From positions 64,001 through 128,000 of the forward strand of contig JBBQUR010000002.1 of NCBI GenBank assembly GCA_038212275.1: a stretch of 64,000 bases of DNA, given 5' to 3'. The DNA comes from Planctomycetota bacterium (GTDB lineage: Bacteria; Planctomycetota; B15-G4). Under the pieces are notes generated by a model. That model was not told the DNA's origin, did no database searches, and was given only the letters and a program-made list of their open reading frames with translations. Both the position numbers and the translations under genes were made by a program. Numbering within the stretch: position 1 is the stretch's first letter; each line of letters begins with the position of its first letter. Positions 21,448 through 31,700 of this stretch are shown here, in pieces.

Positions 21448-22296
21448 ATGCGTTGCCACCTCGTCGTCGCCCTCGCGCTCCCACTGCTGGCCTTGCCGCT
21501 GCTGGCCACGGGTTGCGCGCAGCTCCAGAACATGCTCGGCAGGCCGAGCGCCAGCGTCGACAAGGTCTCGCTCAAGGACCTGGACCTGGCGGGCGTCGAC
21601 ATGCTCTTCGACGTGTCGGTGACCAACCCGTACGCGGTGGCGCTGCCGATGTTCGGCCTCGACTACGACATCCGCCATGCCGACACCAGCGTGCTGCGCG
21701 GCAACCTCGATGCGGACGGCATGATCCCGGCCCACGGCACGCGCACGGTGCCGGTGCCGGTGCGCCTCGACTTCGCGTCGCTGCTCGCGCTCGCGAACGA
21801 CATCACGCCCGGCAGCGTCGTGGAGTACGTGGCCGACATCGGCATCACCGTGGACGCCCCCGGCTTCGGCAACATGCGCCTCCCCATGGAGCACTCGGGC
21901 AGCTTCCCGGTGCCGGCCGTGCCCGAGGTCGCGCTCAACTCCGTGCACTGGGACAAGCTCTCGCTGACCGAGGCTGCGGCCGTGCTCGACATCGGCATCC
22001 GCAACACCAACGCCTTCGCGGTGGACCTGTCGCACCTCGCTTACGACCTCAAGCTGGGCGGCACCTCCGTCGCGTCCACGGGCGTAGACCAGGCGCTCTC
22101 TCTTGCCGCGGGCGCACCCGGCGCGCTGAAGCTCAAGCTCTCGCTGAAACCCGCCGACCTCGGCATGGCAGCCTTCAACATGCTGACCGGCAGCAGCTCG
22201 ACCTACGAACTCGGCGGCCGCATGACGCTGGGCACGGCCTTCGGCCCGCTCGACCTGCCCTTCAGCCGGCAGGGCAACGTGCCGTTCAGCAGGTAG
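21448..22296 (+). CDS. Lipoprotein with two LEA_2/WHy domains
   Basis: Lipobox LATGC; VTNPYAVAL..LDYDI and IRNTNAFAVDL..LAYDL. Confidence 0.85.
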   Translation: MRCHLVVALALPLLALPLLATGCAQLQNMLGRPSASVDKVSLKDLDLAGVDMLFDVSVTNPYAVALPMFGLDYDIRHADTSVLRGNLDADGMIPAHGTRTVPVPVRLDFASLLALANDITPGSVVEYVADIGITVDAPGFGNMRLPMEHSGSFPVPAVPEVALNSVHWDKLSLTEAAAVLDIGIRNTNAFAVDLSHLAYDLKLGGTSVASTGVDQALSLAAGAPGALKLKLSLKPADLGMAAFNMLTGSSSTYELGGRMTLGTAFGPLDLPFSRQGNVPFSR

Positions 22297-22305
22297 ACGG
22301 TCCGT

Positions 22306-22878
22306 TCAGCGCCTCGCGACGGCCTCGCGCACGGGCACGAGCAGCATCGTCAGTTCGTGCGGTGTGCCGGCGGCCGACGACTTGCTGCGGATGAAGATCT
22401 CCGAGATGGCGTCGAGGTGCGCGCGCACCTCCGCGTGGCTGGCCGCGTCGAGACGACTGTGCAGACGCGCGACCACGGGAGCGGTTGCTGCCTGCTCGAC
22501 GCCCGGGTCGCGGCCGATCGCGCGGCGCAGGTTTGTCTCGGCGTCGCGAAGCATGTCCAGGCTCGTGCGGATGACAGCTTCCGCGCCGGCGCCGGCCTCA
22601 TCCTCCACCGCAAAGGTCAGGCCCTGAGCCGAGAGCGCCAGCACGACTTCCTCGCGCCGCCCCGCCGGCCGCGTCCCGACTCGCTCGAGCACGCCCACTT
22701 CGAGCAGGCGCCGCACGTGGTAGTAGAGGGAGTCCGCCGAGCGGCGCATGTAGCTGGAAAGTTCCCCGACGGTGCAGCGCTCGTGCGACTGCATGTGCCG
22801 GATGATTTCCATGCGCACCGGAGAGGCGACGGCCTCGACTTCGTCACGGGTGGTCAGGGAGAGACGCTTGGTGGTCAT
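22306..22878 (-). CDS. ArsR-like winged-HTH transcriptional regulator
   Basis: ASPVRMEII..CTVGEL..SLYYHVRRLLEVGVL. Confidence 0.8.
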   Translation of the reverse strand: MTTKRLSLTTRDEVEAVASPVRMEIIRHMQSHERCTVGELSSYMRRSADSLYYHVRRLLEVGVLERVGTRPAGRREEVVLALSAQGLTFAVEDEAGAGAEAVIRTSLDMLRDAETNLRRAIGRDPGVEQAATAPVVARLHSRLDAASHAEVRAHLDAISEIFIRSKSSAAGTPHELTMLLVPVREAVARR

Positions 22879-23110
22879 GGCGCAGAGTCTCGTGGGTTGA
22901 AAAGAACGGCGCCCCCGACGCGGGGCCGGAGGAACCGGGAACCACGGGCGCGGCGTGGAGAGTCCGCACGAGCTCCGGAATGCGCGACCGTTATCACGGC
23001 CACGCATCGAGGCAACGTAGCCGCCGTCGCGCCGGGCAAGTGGAGGCCAATCGGTGGCGAAACGGGCTCGGGGCAGCAGCGCCTCCGGTTCCGGAGGCGC
23101 GGTCACGCAC

Positions 23111-24637
23111 TCACGGCGTCACACCCTGCAGCGCATGGCTGAGCGCGAAGCCCTTCACGCCGGACGCATCCGCCACCACGGCCTGCACGAACAGATCGGT
23201 GCCCGAGGGCACTCCGGCCGGGAAGGCGCCGGCGACGGCGAGGCCACCCGCGCCGCTTGTCGCGAGCACGATGACGACGTCCGTCTGCGGGACCAGCGTG
23301 CCGCCCTTGAAGGGGGCGTTGATCGTCGTGAGGCCGAAGACCACCGCAGCCGCGGCGCCGTTCGCTGCGCCGGACAGCGTGATCGACACCGGCGAACCGG
23401 CCTGCAGCGTGCCCGCACCGGCGAGCGACGGAATGCCCGCGACGCCGGCGAGACCGCCACCGAGGTTCGTGAAGGCACTCCCCTCGTTCAGGTTGATCAG
23501 CAGCGAGACGCTGGCGCTGCCGGTGTTCGCCGCCACGAGGTCGAGGCTCCCGTTGCCGTCGAGATCGGCCGCGGTCACGAAGGACGCCTGGCTGCCCGTC
23601 GCGAAGGGCGTGGCCGTGCCGAAGCTCCCCGTGCCGCCGTTGGCGAGCACCGAGACGTTGGCGCTGTCCTGATTCGCGGTGGCGACGTCGAGATCGCCGT
23701 CGAGATCCCAATCGCCCGCCACGATGGAGACGGGGCTGACTCCCCCGGTCGCAAAGCTCACGGGTCCGGCAAAGGCGCCCGCTCCGAGGCCCGCGCCGAC
23801 GTTCAGGAAGCGTGCGACGACGTTCAGGCCGTTGCCCGAGGCCGCCACCGCGAGGTCGGTGTCACCGTCCGCATCGAGGTCCGCGGCGACGATGCCGTCC
23901 GGCCGGAGTTGCGCGCCCAGCGAGACCGTGCCTGCCGCGCTGAAGGCCCCTGCGCCGTTGTTCGCGAACAGGTCGAGGCGGCGGTCATCGTGCGCCGTCG
24001 CCACGAGGTCGAGGTCGCCGTCGCCGTTCAGGTCACCCACGTTCACGTCGCGCACGTCCTGGCCGGTGGCGAGCGTGGTCGCGGTGAAGCTGGCCGCGCC
24101 GGCATTCAGCAGCACCGTGACGCTGTTGCCCGAGCGGTTGCCGCTGACGAGGTCCGGCAGCCCGCCGTTGAAGTCGGCCACGCGCAACGCGCGCGGCTCG
24201 GCGCCGGTGGCGAACAGGCCGCCGAGGCTGAACGCGCCTGCGCCGTTGTTGAGCAGCACGCGCACCGCGTCGGCATTCTGCAGCGAGACGGCGACGTCGA
24301 TGTCGCCGTCGCCATCCAGATCCGCTGCCACCGCGGTGTGCGGCCCGGTGTTGGCACCGGTCGCGACGGACACGGCGCCACCGAAGCCGGCCTTGCCATT
24401 GTTGAAGAGAAAGACGACGCGGTCGGGCGCATCGACGGGCACGGCGAGATCCGCATCGCCGTCGCCGTCCCAGTCGCCGATGGCGACGGAGTCCGGTGAG
24501 GCGCCGACGGGCAGCGCAAGAGCCGTCGCGAATTGCGCGGCCGCCGCACCGGAGAGCGCAACGAGCGTGGCGCCCGCCGCGAGAAGGGACGTGGCGCGCG
24601 CGCCGCGGAAAGACTGGAGAGAACGCGTGAAGAACAT
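23111..24637 (-). CDS. Secreted FG-GAP/VCBS-repeat beta-propeller + 'PFKGG' C-terminal domain
   Basis: About 7 repeats of (G/A)DxDGDGDxDLAV; signal peptide; domain at 23111-23476. Confidence 0.9.
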   Translation of the reverse strand: MFFTRSLQSFRGARATSLLAAGATLVALSGAAAAQFATALALPVGASPDSVAIGDWDGDGDADLAVPVDAPDRVVFLFNNGKAGFGGAVSVATGANTGPHTAVAADLDGDGDIDVAVSLQNADAVRVLLNNGAGAFSLGGLFATGAEPRALRVADFNGGLPDLVSGNRSGNSVTVLLNAGAASFTATTLATGQDVRDVNVGDLNGDGDLDLVATAHDDRRLDLFANNGAGAFSAAGTVSLGAQLRPDGIVAADLDADGDTDLAVAASGNGLNVVARFLNVGAGLGAGAFAGPVSFATGGVSPVSIVAGDWDLDGDLDVATANQDSANVSVLANGGTGSFGTATPFATGSQASFVTAADLDGNGSLDLVAANTGSASVSLLINLNEGSAFTNLGGGLAGVAGIPSLAGAGTLQAGSPVSITLSGAANGAAAAVVFGLTTINAPFKGGTLVPQTDVVIVLATSGAGGLAVAGAFPAGVPSGTDLFVQAVVADASGVKGFALSHALQGVTP

Positions 24638-24712
24638 GGGCAACCTCTTCGTGTGAAAAGCGGATCAGCAGGGAACGGCGCGAGTCACGTCGACTCGCGT
24701 GAGCCACGACAG

Positions 24713-24728
24713 AGCGAAGTGCATGCCA
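24713..24728 (-). promoter_or_regulatory. Putative sigma54 -24/-12 promoter
   Basis: TGGCATGCACTTCGCT (GG-N10-GC), about 75 nt upstream of the FG-GAP gene start. Confidence 0.55.
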
Positions 24729-24876
24729 GTGCGCGCGGCCTGCGCGCGGCCTGCGCGCGACTGGCGCGCGACTGGCGCACGGCGTCGCGTCGCTCGCGTG
24801 TCGCGATTCCGGACACGCATGTCCAGCACGCCCGACACGAACGACCTGCGGATGGCATGGCGACGGCGCCGACACG

Positions 24877-24914
24877 AAAAAGAAGGAGGCCGCCCTTGCG
24901 GGCGACCTCCTCCT
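24877..24914 (-). terminator. Rho-independent terminator downstream of 25024-26604
   Basis: Minus strand AGGAGGAGGTCGCCC-GCAA-GGGCGGCCTCCTTCT-TTTT. Confidence 0.75.
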
Positions 24915-25023
24915 GCCGAAGCGTGGTGTCAGCGATGTGATCGCTGCAGCGCAGGCGACCGCTTGAGGGCGGAGTGCCGAGGGGGGCGGCCCCTCCGCTG
25001 CGCCGTCGTCGCGCAGCCCGCGC

Positions 25024-26604
25024 TCACGGCACGTCGATCACGGCCTGCAGCACGACGACGTCGCTGCTGTCGGTGAGCTGCACGAGCGCACCGACCGGGT
25101 CGAAGTCGAGCAGCAGCTTGCTGCCCTTGGCGACGGTGGCGAAGGTCAGCTTGCCCTTTCCCGATGATGGCTTCGGGGACACGGTGAGCACGGACGTGCT
25201 GGGCACGCTGTTCACCACGACGCCGTAGTCGCCGGCCGGAAGATCCTTCACCTGGATCTGCAGCTCCTGTTCGCCGTTGCCCTTGAGCTTCCAGCTCAGC
25301 GTGCCTGTCGCGTCCAGGTCCGCACCGGCGTTGATCAGGTTGACGTTCACCTTGTTGGACTTGAACGTCTCCTTCTTGTACTTGCCCAGCGCCGACTGCA
25401 CGGACGTCGGGAAGACCGTGCTGAGGATCACGTCCGCGCCGGACTTCACCTCGATGAGCTGGCCCTTCACCTCGAAGGTGAGCAGCATCACGCCGCCGCG
25501 CGGCGACGTGCTGTAGTTGAGTTGCGCGTGCCCCGTGGAGTCCGCGGACAGCGTGCCCACCGGAGTGCCGTTCACGGACAGCGGGTAGTCGCCCGCGGGA
25601 ACGTTCTCGATCTCGACCTCGAACTCGGTCTCACCGGTCTGCGTCAGCTTGGCCTTGCCGCTGGCGCCGGCCTGCACGCCGCTGTTCGCGAGGAAGACGA
25701 GCAGCTCGTCGCCCTTCGTCTTGCCCAGATCCTTCGCGCCCTGGCTGCCCTTGTTCGGAGCCTTCGTGCCGGTGGACGTGTCCGAGCCGGACAGCACGCC
25801 GGTCAGGTAGGTGGTGCCGTCGAGCTCGACGTCGATCTGCGCGCCGAGCGGATCGAAGTTGAGCAGCGTCTTGCCGGCCTCGACGGGGTTCTGGAATTCC
25901 AGCACCACCGACGCGGAGCTGACGGTGGTGATCTGCGCCACGGGCGTGCCGGCGACGAGCAGCGTGTACGTGCCCGCGTCCAGCTTCTCGACCTCGATCG
26001 CGAACTTGGTCTTGTTGCTCTTGATCTCGTACTTGAGCTTGCCCTGCGCGTTGATGTCGGGGCCGACGTTGACCATGTACACCTCCGTCTTGGTCTTGTC
26101 GCCGCTGTTGTTCCCGCTGCCGCCGCTGCCCCCGTTGCCACCGCTGCCGTTCGCGCTGAAGGTGTCGGTGAAGAAGATCGTCGCGCCCTGGCGCACCTCG
26201 ACAACCTGGTCGAAGACCTCGAAGTCGAAGAGCGGCTTGGGGCTGTCCAGCGGCGCCTTGAACTCGATCTCGCCCTGGCCGGTGCCGCCCACTGAGATGC
26301 TGCCCTTGGACAGATCGAGGTCGGTGACGTACAGCTCGTAGCTGCCGGCATCCATGTGCTCGAGTTCGACGCTGAAGTCGAGCGAGCCATCGCCCTTGTC
26401 GCGCCAACGGGCGCGCGCCGTGCCGTTGCCGTCGGCGCCGGTGCTGGCCAGGAACTGGAGCACTTCCTGGCCGTCATTGCCGCCGCTCTTGGCGGACGCG
26501 TCGCCTGGCAGGAAGCCCGCGACCAGGGCGAGGGTGAGGGCGGAGCCGAACAGAGCCAGAGGACCGTGACGGCCGGAAGACGTGGATTTCGTAGTGGAGT
26601 TCAT
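25024..26604 (-). CDS. Secreted protein with four ~100-aa beta-rich internal repeats, unknown function
   Basis: Signal peptide ending ASA-K; repeated L.N.G...A.G...F.VE.E.L.AG.Y.L.V...LL.FDP.G..I.V pattern. Confidence 0.8.
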   Translation of the reverse strand: MNSTTKSTSSGRHGPLALFGSALTLALVAGFLPGDASAKSGGNDGQEVLQFLASTGADGNGTARARWRDKGDGSLDFSVELEHMDAGSYELYVTDLDLSKGSISVGGTGQGEIEFKAPLDSPKPLFDFEVFDQVVEVRQGATIFFTDTFSANGSGGNGGSGGSGNNSGDKTKTEVYMVNVGPDINAQGKLKYEIKSNKTKFAIEVEKLDAGTYTLLVAGTPVAQITTVSSASVVLEFQNPVEAGKTLLNFDPLGAQIDVELDGTTYLTGVLSGSDTSTGTKAPNKGSQGAKDLGKTKGDELLVFLANSGVQAGASGKAKLTQTGETEFEVEIENVPAGDYPLSVNGTPVGTLSADSTGHAQLNYSTSPRGGVMLLTFEVKGQLIEVKSGADVILSTVFPTSVQSALGKYKKETFKSNKVNVNLINAGADLDATGTLSWKLKGNGEQELQIQVKDLPAGDYGVVVNSVPSTSVLTVSPKPSSGKGKLTFATVAKGSKLLLDFDPVGALVQLTDSSDVVVLQAVIDVP

Positions 26605-26725
26605 GGGAGTCGGATTCCGGGAGGTATTCGATCGGGAGGAAGAAGCAGAGGAGGGACCGAGAGTGATTGCCAGACAAAGGCACAGCCGTTCCTGGAGTTC
26701 AGCTCGCGGCCGGGAGGGCAAACAC

Positions 26726-26742
26726 AACAAGCGCCATGCCAA
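26726..26742 (-). promoter_or_regulatory. Possible sigma54 promoter (GT variant at -12)
   Basis: TTGGCATGGCGCTTGTT upstream of 26604. Confidence 0.45.
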
Positions 26743-26914
26743 ACCAGGAAACCGGCCCGCGATGGCGTTTCCGGACCTCGGTCCGCACGAGCCGGGCCGG
26801 TCCAGGTCCCAAATGACCAGATTGTGGATGGCGCGTCCGGATCATGGGCAGCACCGCGACCGCCCGCTCGGACCGAGGGACCGCGAGACAACCCAGGACT
26901 CGCCTGTCACGGCC

Positions 26915-26930
26915 CGGCACGGCCCTTGCT
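26915..26930 (+). promoter_or_regulatory. Putative sigma54 -24/-12 promoter
   Basis: CGGCAC-GGCCC-TTGCT matches the YGGCAC-N5-TTGCW consensus. Confidence 0.7.
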
Positions 26931-27028
26931 ACTTCAGGCGCAGTAGACTCTCTGTCCCTCGAGTCGCGCGATTCCGGATGACACTGCTCAGCATGCTCGA
27001 CACCTTGAAGCCTCGCCTTGTCCTGCGG

Positions 27029-28789
27029 ATGCCCCGGCTGCTATGCCGGCTGGCCGCCATGCTGCTGCTGGCCGCCGCGCTCCCTGCCCAGTCGGCCACG
27101 ATCGCCCGCGCCGATGGCACCGGCGGCTACGAGCTCTGGTCGGCACTGCCGGGCGGCCCGGCCCAACTTCTCGGCGGCAGCGTGCACTTTCTGCCACTCG
27201 ACCTCGCGGGCGACACCTTTCGCGATCACCTGCGCCTCGACCTGCCGGTCGTCGCGGGGGCCGATTCGCCCGCGCCGCACATCCGCCTTCCCGGCGGCGG
27301 AAGCCTGTTCCTGATCGACGCCTCGGGCGCAACGGCGCTGCTGCGCATCGCCGCGGACGGTTCGCTCTCGGTGCCCTTCGCCGTCGCCGCGGGCGATTTG
27401 CAGCTTTCGCTGGCAGTCGCCTCCGACGGCAGCCGCGCGCTGCTCGCCACGACGCAGGCGGCCGGCGGTGACGTCGTGCTCGTCGACCTCGAGCCGAACG
27501 CTTCGGCGCCGCCGCTTGTGCTCACGGCCGCTCAGGCCCCGCTCGCCATCGACGCTTCCTCGCTGCGCACCTCCGCGGAGCGCTCCTTTTTTGTCGCCGG
27601 CAACGGGCTGTGGCGCGCGGACCTCACGGCCGTCGGCCCGGCCTCGCAGGCCCTGCCGGTCGCGTTGCCCGTCGGGCCAGGCGACACGCTGCTGCCCGAG
27701 ACAGTCCTCTCCGCCGACGGCCGCTCGCTCGCGCTGCTGAGCCGCGACCCGTCGACGCAGAGCCAGCTTCACGTCGTGACACCCTTCGGGGTGCCGGTGC
27801 TGCTGAATGCGGTGCCGGCTGCGATCGATGCGCCCGCGCTGCAAAGCCCGATCGGTCCGTTGCTGGCGCTCTCGCCCGACGGCACTCTCGCCGCCTGGCG
27901 CCAGACCATCGGCCCGAGCAAGGAGGTCTTCCTCCAGGCCGTGCCGCAACCAGGCCCTCCGCCGCCCGCCGCGACGCAACTCACGGCCGACACCTACTTC
28001 ATCGACACGCTCGACAGTGCGGGGATTCTCGGCTTCGTGAACAACGTCGTCCTGAGCTTCGTCGCGGGCGAGGCGGGCGGGCAGGCCGTGGGCGCCGCGG
28101 ATCTCTTCGTCGCGCAGCTTGGCGTGGGCGGCGGCGGTCCGGCGCTGCAGAACGCGACGCTCACCTCGGGCGTCAGCCTGCCTCCGTTCCTCGTGCCGGG
28201 TGACCTCGAGATCAGCGCCGCCATGCTCGATGCAACGAGCACGCGCATGCTGTTCATCGTGGATCCGCACGGCGGCGACGCGGCGCTCTTCTCGACCGCC
28301 GCGGATGGCAGCGGGACCCCCGCGATGCTGCTCCCGACACTCCAGCAGGACCCGGTGCTCGTGCGCGCGGGCCAGAGCGTGCTGGTGCAGTCCGTGCCCG
28401 AAGGCCCCGGCGTGCCCAAGACGCAGCTCCACCTGCTGCGGCCGGCGGGCGTCGCACCGCTGCTGCTCGGCACGCTGCCGGCCGGCACGCTGCTCGACCG
28501 CTTCACCGACAGCGCCGACGGCACGAGCGCGGCCTTCGTCGCGCACGCGGGGCCGCTCGCGCCCATGCTGCAGCTTCCCGTGCGCCTCGACACGAGCACG
28601 GGCGCGCTGCTCCCGGCGTGGAGCCAGCTCCTGCAGGTGTCTCCGCTCATGGCGCTGCCGCCGTCGGGCGCTCTCATCGCGGGCGTCGGAGCCGCCGGCG
28701 GCCCCTACCTCAGCGTCGCGTTCACCGGCTTCGAGCAGGGTTCGCTGCTGAAGGTGCCGATGGGCTTCACCTTCCCGCTGCCCTACTGA
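27029..28789 (+). CDS. Secreted hypothetical protein, beta-propeller-like
   Basis: Signal MPRLLCRLAAMLLLAAALPAQ; blade-like VASDGSRALL, LSADGRSLALL, LSPDGTLAAW, SADGTSAAF. Alternative starts 26978/26993. Confidence 0.65.
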   Translation: MPRLLCRLAAMLLLAAALPAQSATIARADGTGGYELWSALPGGPAQLLGGSVHFLPLDLAGDTFRDHLRLDLPVVAGADSPAPHIRLPGGGSLFLIDASGATALLRIAADGSLSVPFAVAAGDLQLSLAVASDGSRALLATTQAAGGDVVLVDLEPNASAPPLVLTAAQAPLAIDASSLRTSAERSFFVAGNGLWRADLTAVGPASQALPVALPVGPGDTLLPETVLSADGRSLALLSRDPSTQSQLHVVTPFGVPVLLNAVPAAIDAPALQSPIGPLLALSPDGTLAAWRQTIGPSKEVFLQAVPQPGPPPPAATQLTADTYFIDTLDSAGILGFVNNVVLSFVAGEAGGQAVGAADLFVAQLGVGGGGPALQNATLTSGVSLPPFLVPGDLEISAAMLDATSTRMLFIVDPHGGDAALFSTAADGSGTPAMLLPTLQQDPVLVRAGQSVLVQSVPEGPGVPKTQLHLLRPAGVAPLLLGTLPAGTLLDRFTDSADGTSAAFVAHAGPLAPMLQLPVRLDTSTGALLPAWSQLLQVSPLMALPPSGALIAGVGAAGGPYLSVAFTGFEQGSLLKVPMGFTFPLPY

Positions 28790-28799
28790 ACGCGCGGCG

Positions 28800-31700
28800 T
28801 CAGTCCGCGCTGTCGGGCGCGAGGCCGAGGCGAGCGAGCTTGGCATAGAGGCCGGCTCGGGAGATGCCCAGCAGCCTGGCGGCCTGATCCTTGCGGCCGC
28901 CCGCGGCGGTGAGCGCGCGCTGCACGGCCACGCGTTCGGCATCCTCCAGCTTGAGCGACGCGGACGTGCTGGCCGGCATCGCGTCGCTGCCGCCGTCCCC
29001 GACGCCGCGTCCCGCGTCGGCGGGCTCGCGCACGAGGGAGGGATCGTCGATCACGTCTCCGGACAGGAAGTAGAGACGCGAGACCTCGTTGGCCAGCTCG
29101 CGCACCTGGCCGGGCCACGCGCGCCGCGCGAGCGCACGCAGGACAGGCTCGCGCAGCGTGCGCGCCGTCCGGTGCTTGCCATTGAGCAGCGCCAGGAAGT
29201 GCGCCACCAGCAGAGGCAGGTCGTCGAGACGCTCGACCAGCGACGGCAGCCGGATCTCGGCTCCGTTGAGGCGGTAGTAGAGGTCTTCGCGGAAGGATCC
29301 CTCGCGCACGCGCGCCGGCAGGTCCCGGTGCGTCGCGGCGACGATGCGCACGTCCACGCGCACGTTGCGGCGACCGCCCACGGGCCGGTACTCGCCGGAC
29401 TCCAGCACGCGCAGCAGCTTGGCCTGCAGCTCGAGCGGCATGTCGCCGATCTCGTCCAGGAAGAAGGTGCCGCCGTCGGCCTCGGCGAAGAGGCCCGGTC
29501 GGTCGCGCTCCGCTCCGGTGAAGGCGCCGCGCACGTGACCGAAAAGCTCGCTCTCGAGCAGCGTGGGCGGCAGCGCCGCGACATTCTCGATGACCAGCGG
29601 CTTGTCCGCGCGCAGGCTTCGCGCGTGCAGCGCGCGCGCCACCAGGTCCTTGCCCGTGCCTGACGGCCCGGTCACCAGCACGGGCAGTTCCGTCGGGCCG
29701 AGGCGATCGATGAGCATGTAGACGCGCTGCATCGCTTCGCTGTCGCCCACCATGCCCGGCGCGGGCGAGACGCTGCCGCGCTGGCGCAGCAGGGTCCGCG
29801 CGGTGACGAGTTCCTGCTCCTGCACCTGCACGCGCGCGGCGAGGCGGGCATTGAGCGACTCGATCTCCGCACGCTGAGCGAGGAGCTCTTCGTGGCGCGC
29901 AGCCAGCTCGGCCGCGCCGGCCTGAAGCTCCGCACGCCGGCGCAGGTTGGCGATCGCAAGGCTGGCCTGGTCCGCGAGCCAGCCGGTGCGCTCCGCGTCG
30001 GTGTCGTCGAAGACCGATGCCTGCTGGTCGTTGTCGAGGTAGAGCGCGCCGGTCACGGGCCCGGGCAGGCGCAGTGGCACGCACAGCACCGAGCGCAGCC
30101 CGAAGGACTCGATGCTCTGCGTGCCGCGGAAGCGGCTGTCCGCGGCGGCGTCCGTGGTGACGACCGTGCGCCCCGACGAAACGGCATCGCGCACGACGGT
30201 GAGCGAGAAGCGCGCCTCTTCCTCCGGCATCGCGGCGCGGTCCATGCCGCGCGCGGCCTGCACGGAGACCGCGTCGCCTTCCAGCAGCACGAGCAGGCCG
30301 CGGCGCGCGCCTGTCAGTTCCAGCGCGCTGTCGACGATGCCAAGCAGGAGGCCGGCCAGGTCGTCCTCGGCCGCCATGCGACGGTTGCACGTGAGCAGCC
30401 AGGTGATGTCGAGCCCTGCGGGCGACTGGCCGGCGCGCGGCGTGTCAGTCGAGGTCCCGCTGTCCGGGCCTTCGGGAACACCGCACAGCAGGTGCGTCAT
30501 GCGCTCGAGTGCTGGCTGACGTGCGGCGGCGGGCAGCGTTTCGACCAGCGCGTCCGTGGCCTCGGCAGCGCGTGCCGACGCGCGGCGACGCGTCGACTTG
30601 TCGCCGGCCGCGTCCGCGACGTGCGCAAGTCGCTGCGCCACGACGCGCACGAGATCCGTGCGGCCCGCCTGCTCGAAACACGTGAGCAGCTCCTGCAGGG
30701 CCTCCGACGACAGCGACTGCCGCGCGGCGATGCGCCAGCGCAGCTCCGCCGCGCGCACCGGTGAACCGAGTTGATCCGCGGCTCCGCGCAACATCGTCAC
30801 CGCGTCGTCCGCGTCGGGCGACAGCGCCACGAGCAGCGCCGCCGCGCGGAACAGCTCGGCGACATCGCCGTGGTCCTGCGCGTGGCGGCAGGCTTCGCGC
30901 GCCGCAAGTCGCGCGCCGGGCAGCTCGCCGGCGCACGCGCGGACGAGCGCCGTGGCGCGCGCGCGAAGCGCCGCATGCTGGTCGCCGGGCGCCGACGACG
31001 CCGGCACCAGCGCGCCGGCCGCATCGACGTGGCGACCTGCGAGAGCGAGGGCCATCGCGCGGTGCAGCTCGAGCACGACCGCCTCGGGCGCGTAGGTGCT
31101 GCCGGTCAGCCGCGCGCGTGCGGTGTCCAGTTCCGACAGGGCCGCGCCCACCTGCCCCGCATCCAGCCGCAGCAGGGCAAGGCTTCCGAGCGTAGGCAGA
31201 ATGCCGTGCGTCTCGCCCGTGCGGCGCCTCAGGGCGAGCGCTTCCTGCAGTAGCGCCCGGGCGGCGGTGAGGTCGCCGAGATCGCGGTGCAGCACGCCGA
31301 GATTCTGCAGCGCGAGCGCGCGGCCGCTCACGTGACCCGCCGCGTCGAAGCTCGCTTCCGCACGCTGCAGGGCTGCGACGGCCTCGGCGCTGCGCCCGCG
31401 GCGCCGGTCGAGGATCGCGCGGTTCAGCTCGGTGCGCGCGCGCGCGAGCACGAGCGATGAGCCGCCCGCCTCGCACCGCCTCAACGCGTCCGAGAAGCAG
31501 GCCTCCGCCTCCGGCCAACGCTGCAGTCGTACGCACGCGACGCCCCGCAGGTTGAGCAGAGCCACGGCCGGACCGTCCGGGTCATCCTCGCGCGGCGCGT
31601 CCGCGATGATGTCGAGGCAGTCCTGGCTTCGACCTTCGAGCCACGCCGCGTAGCCCAGACCTCGCAGCGCATCGAGCTCCTGCGCGCGCCCTGCCGGCGC

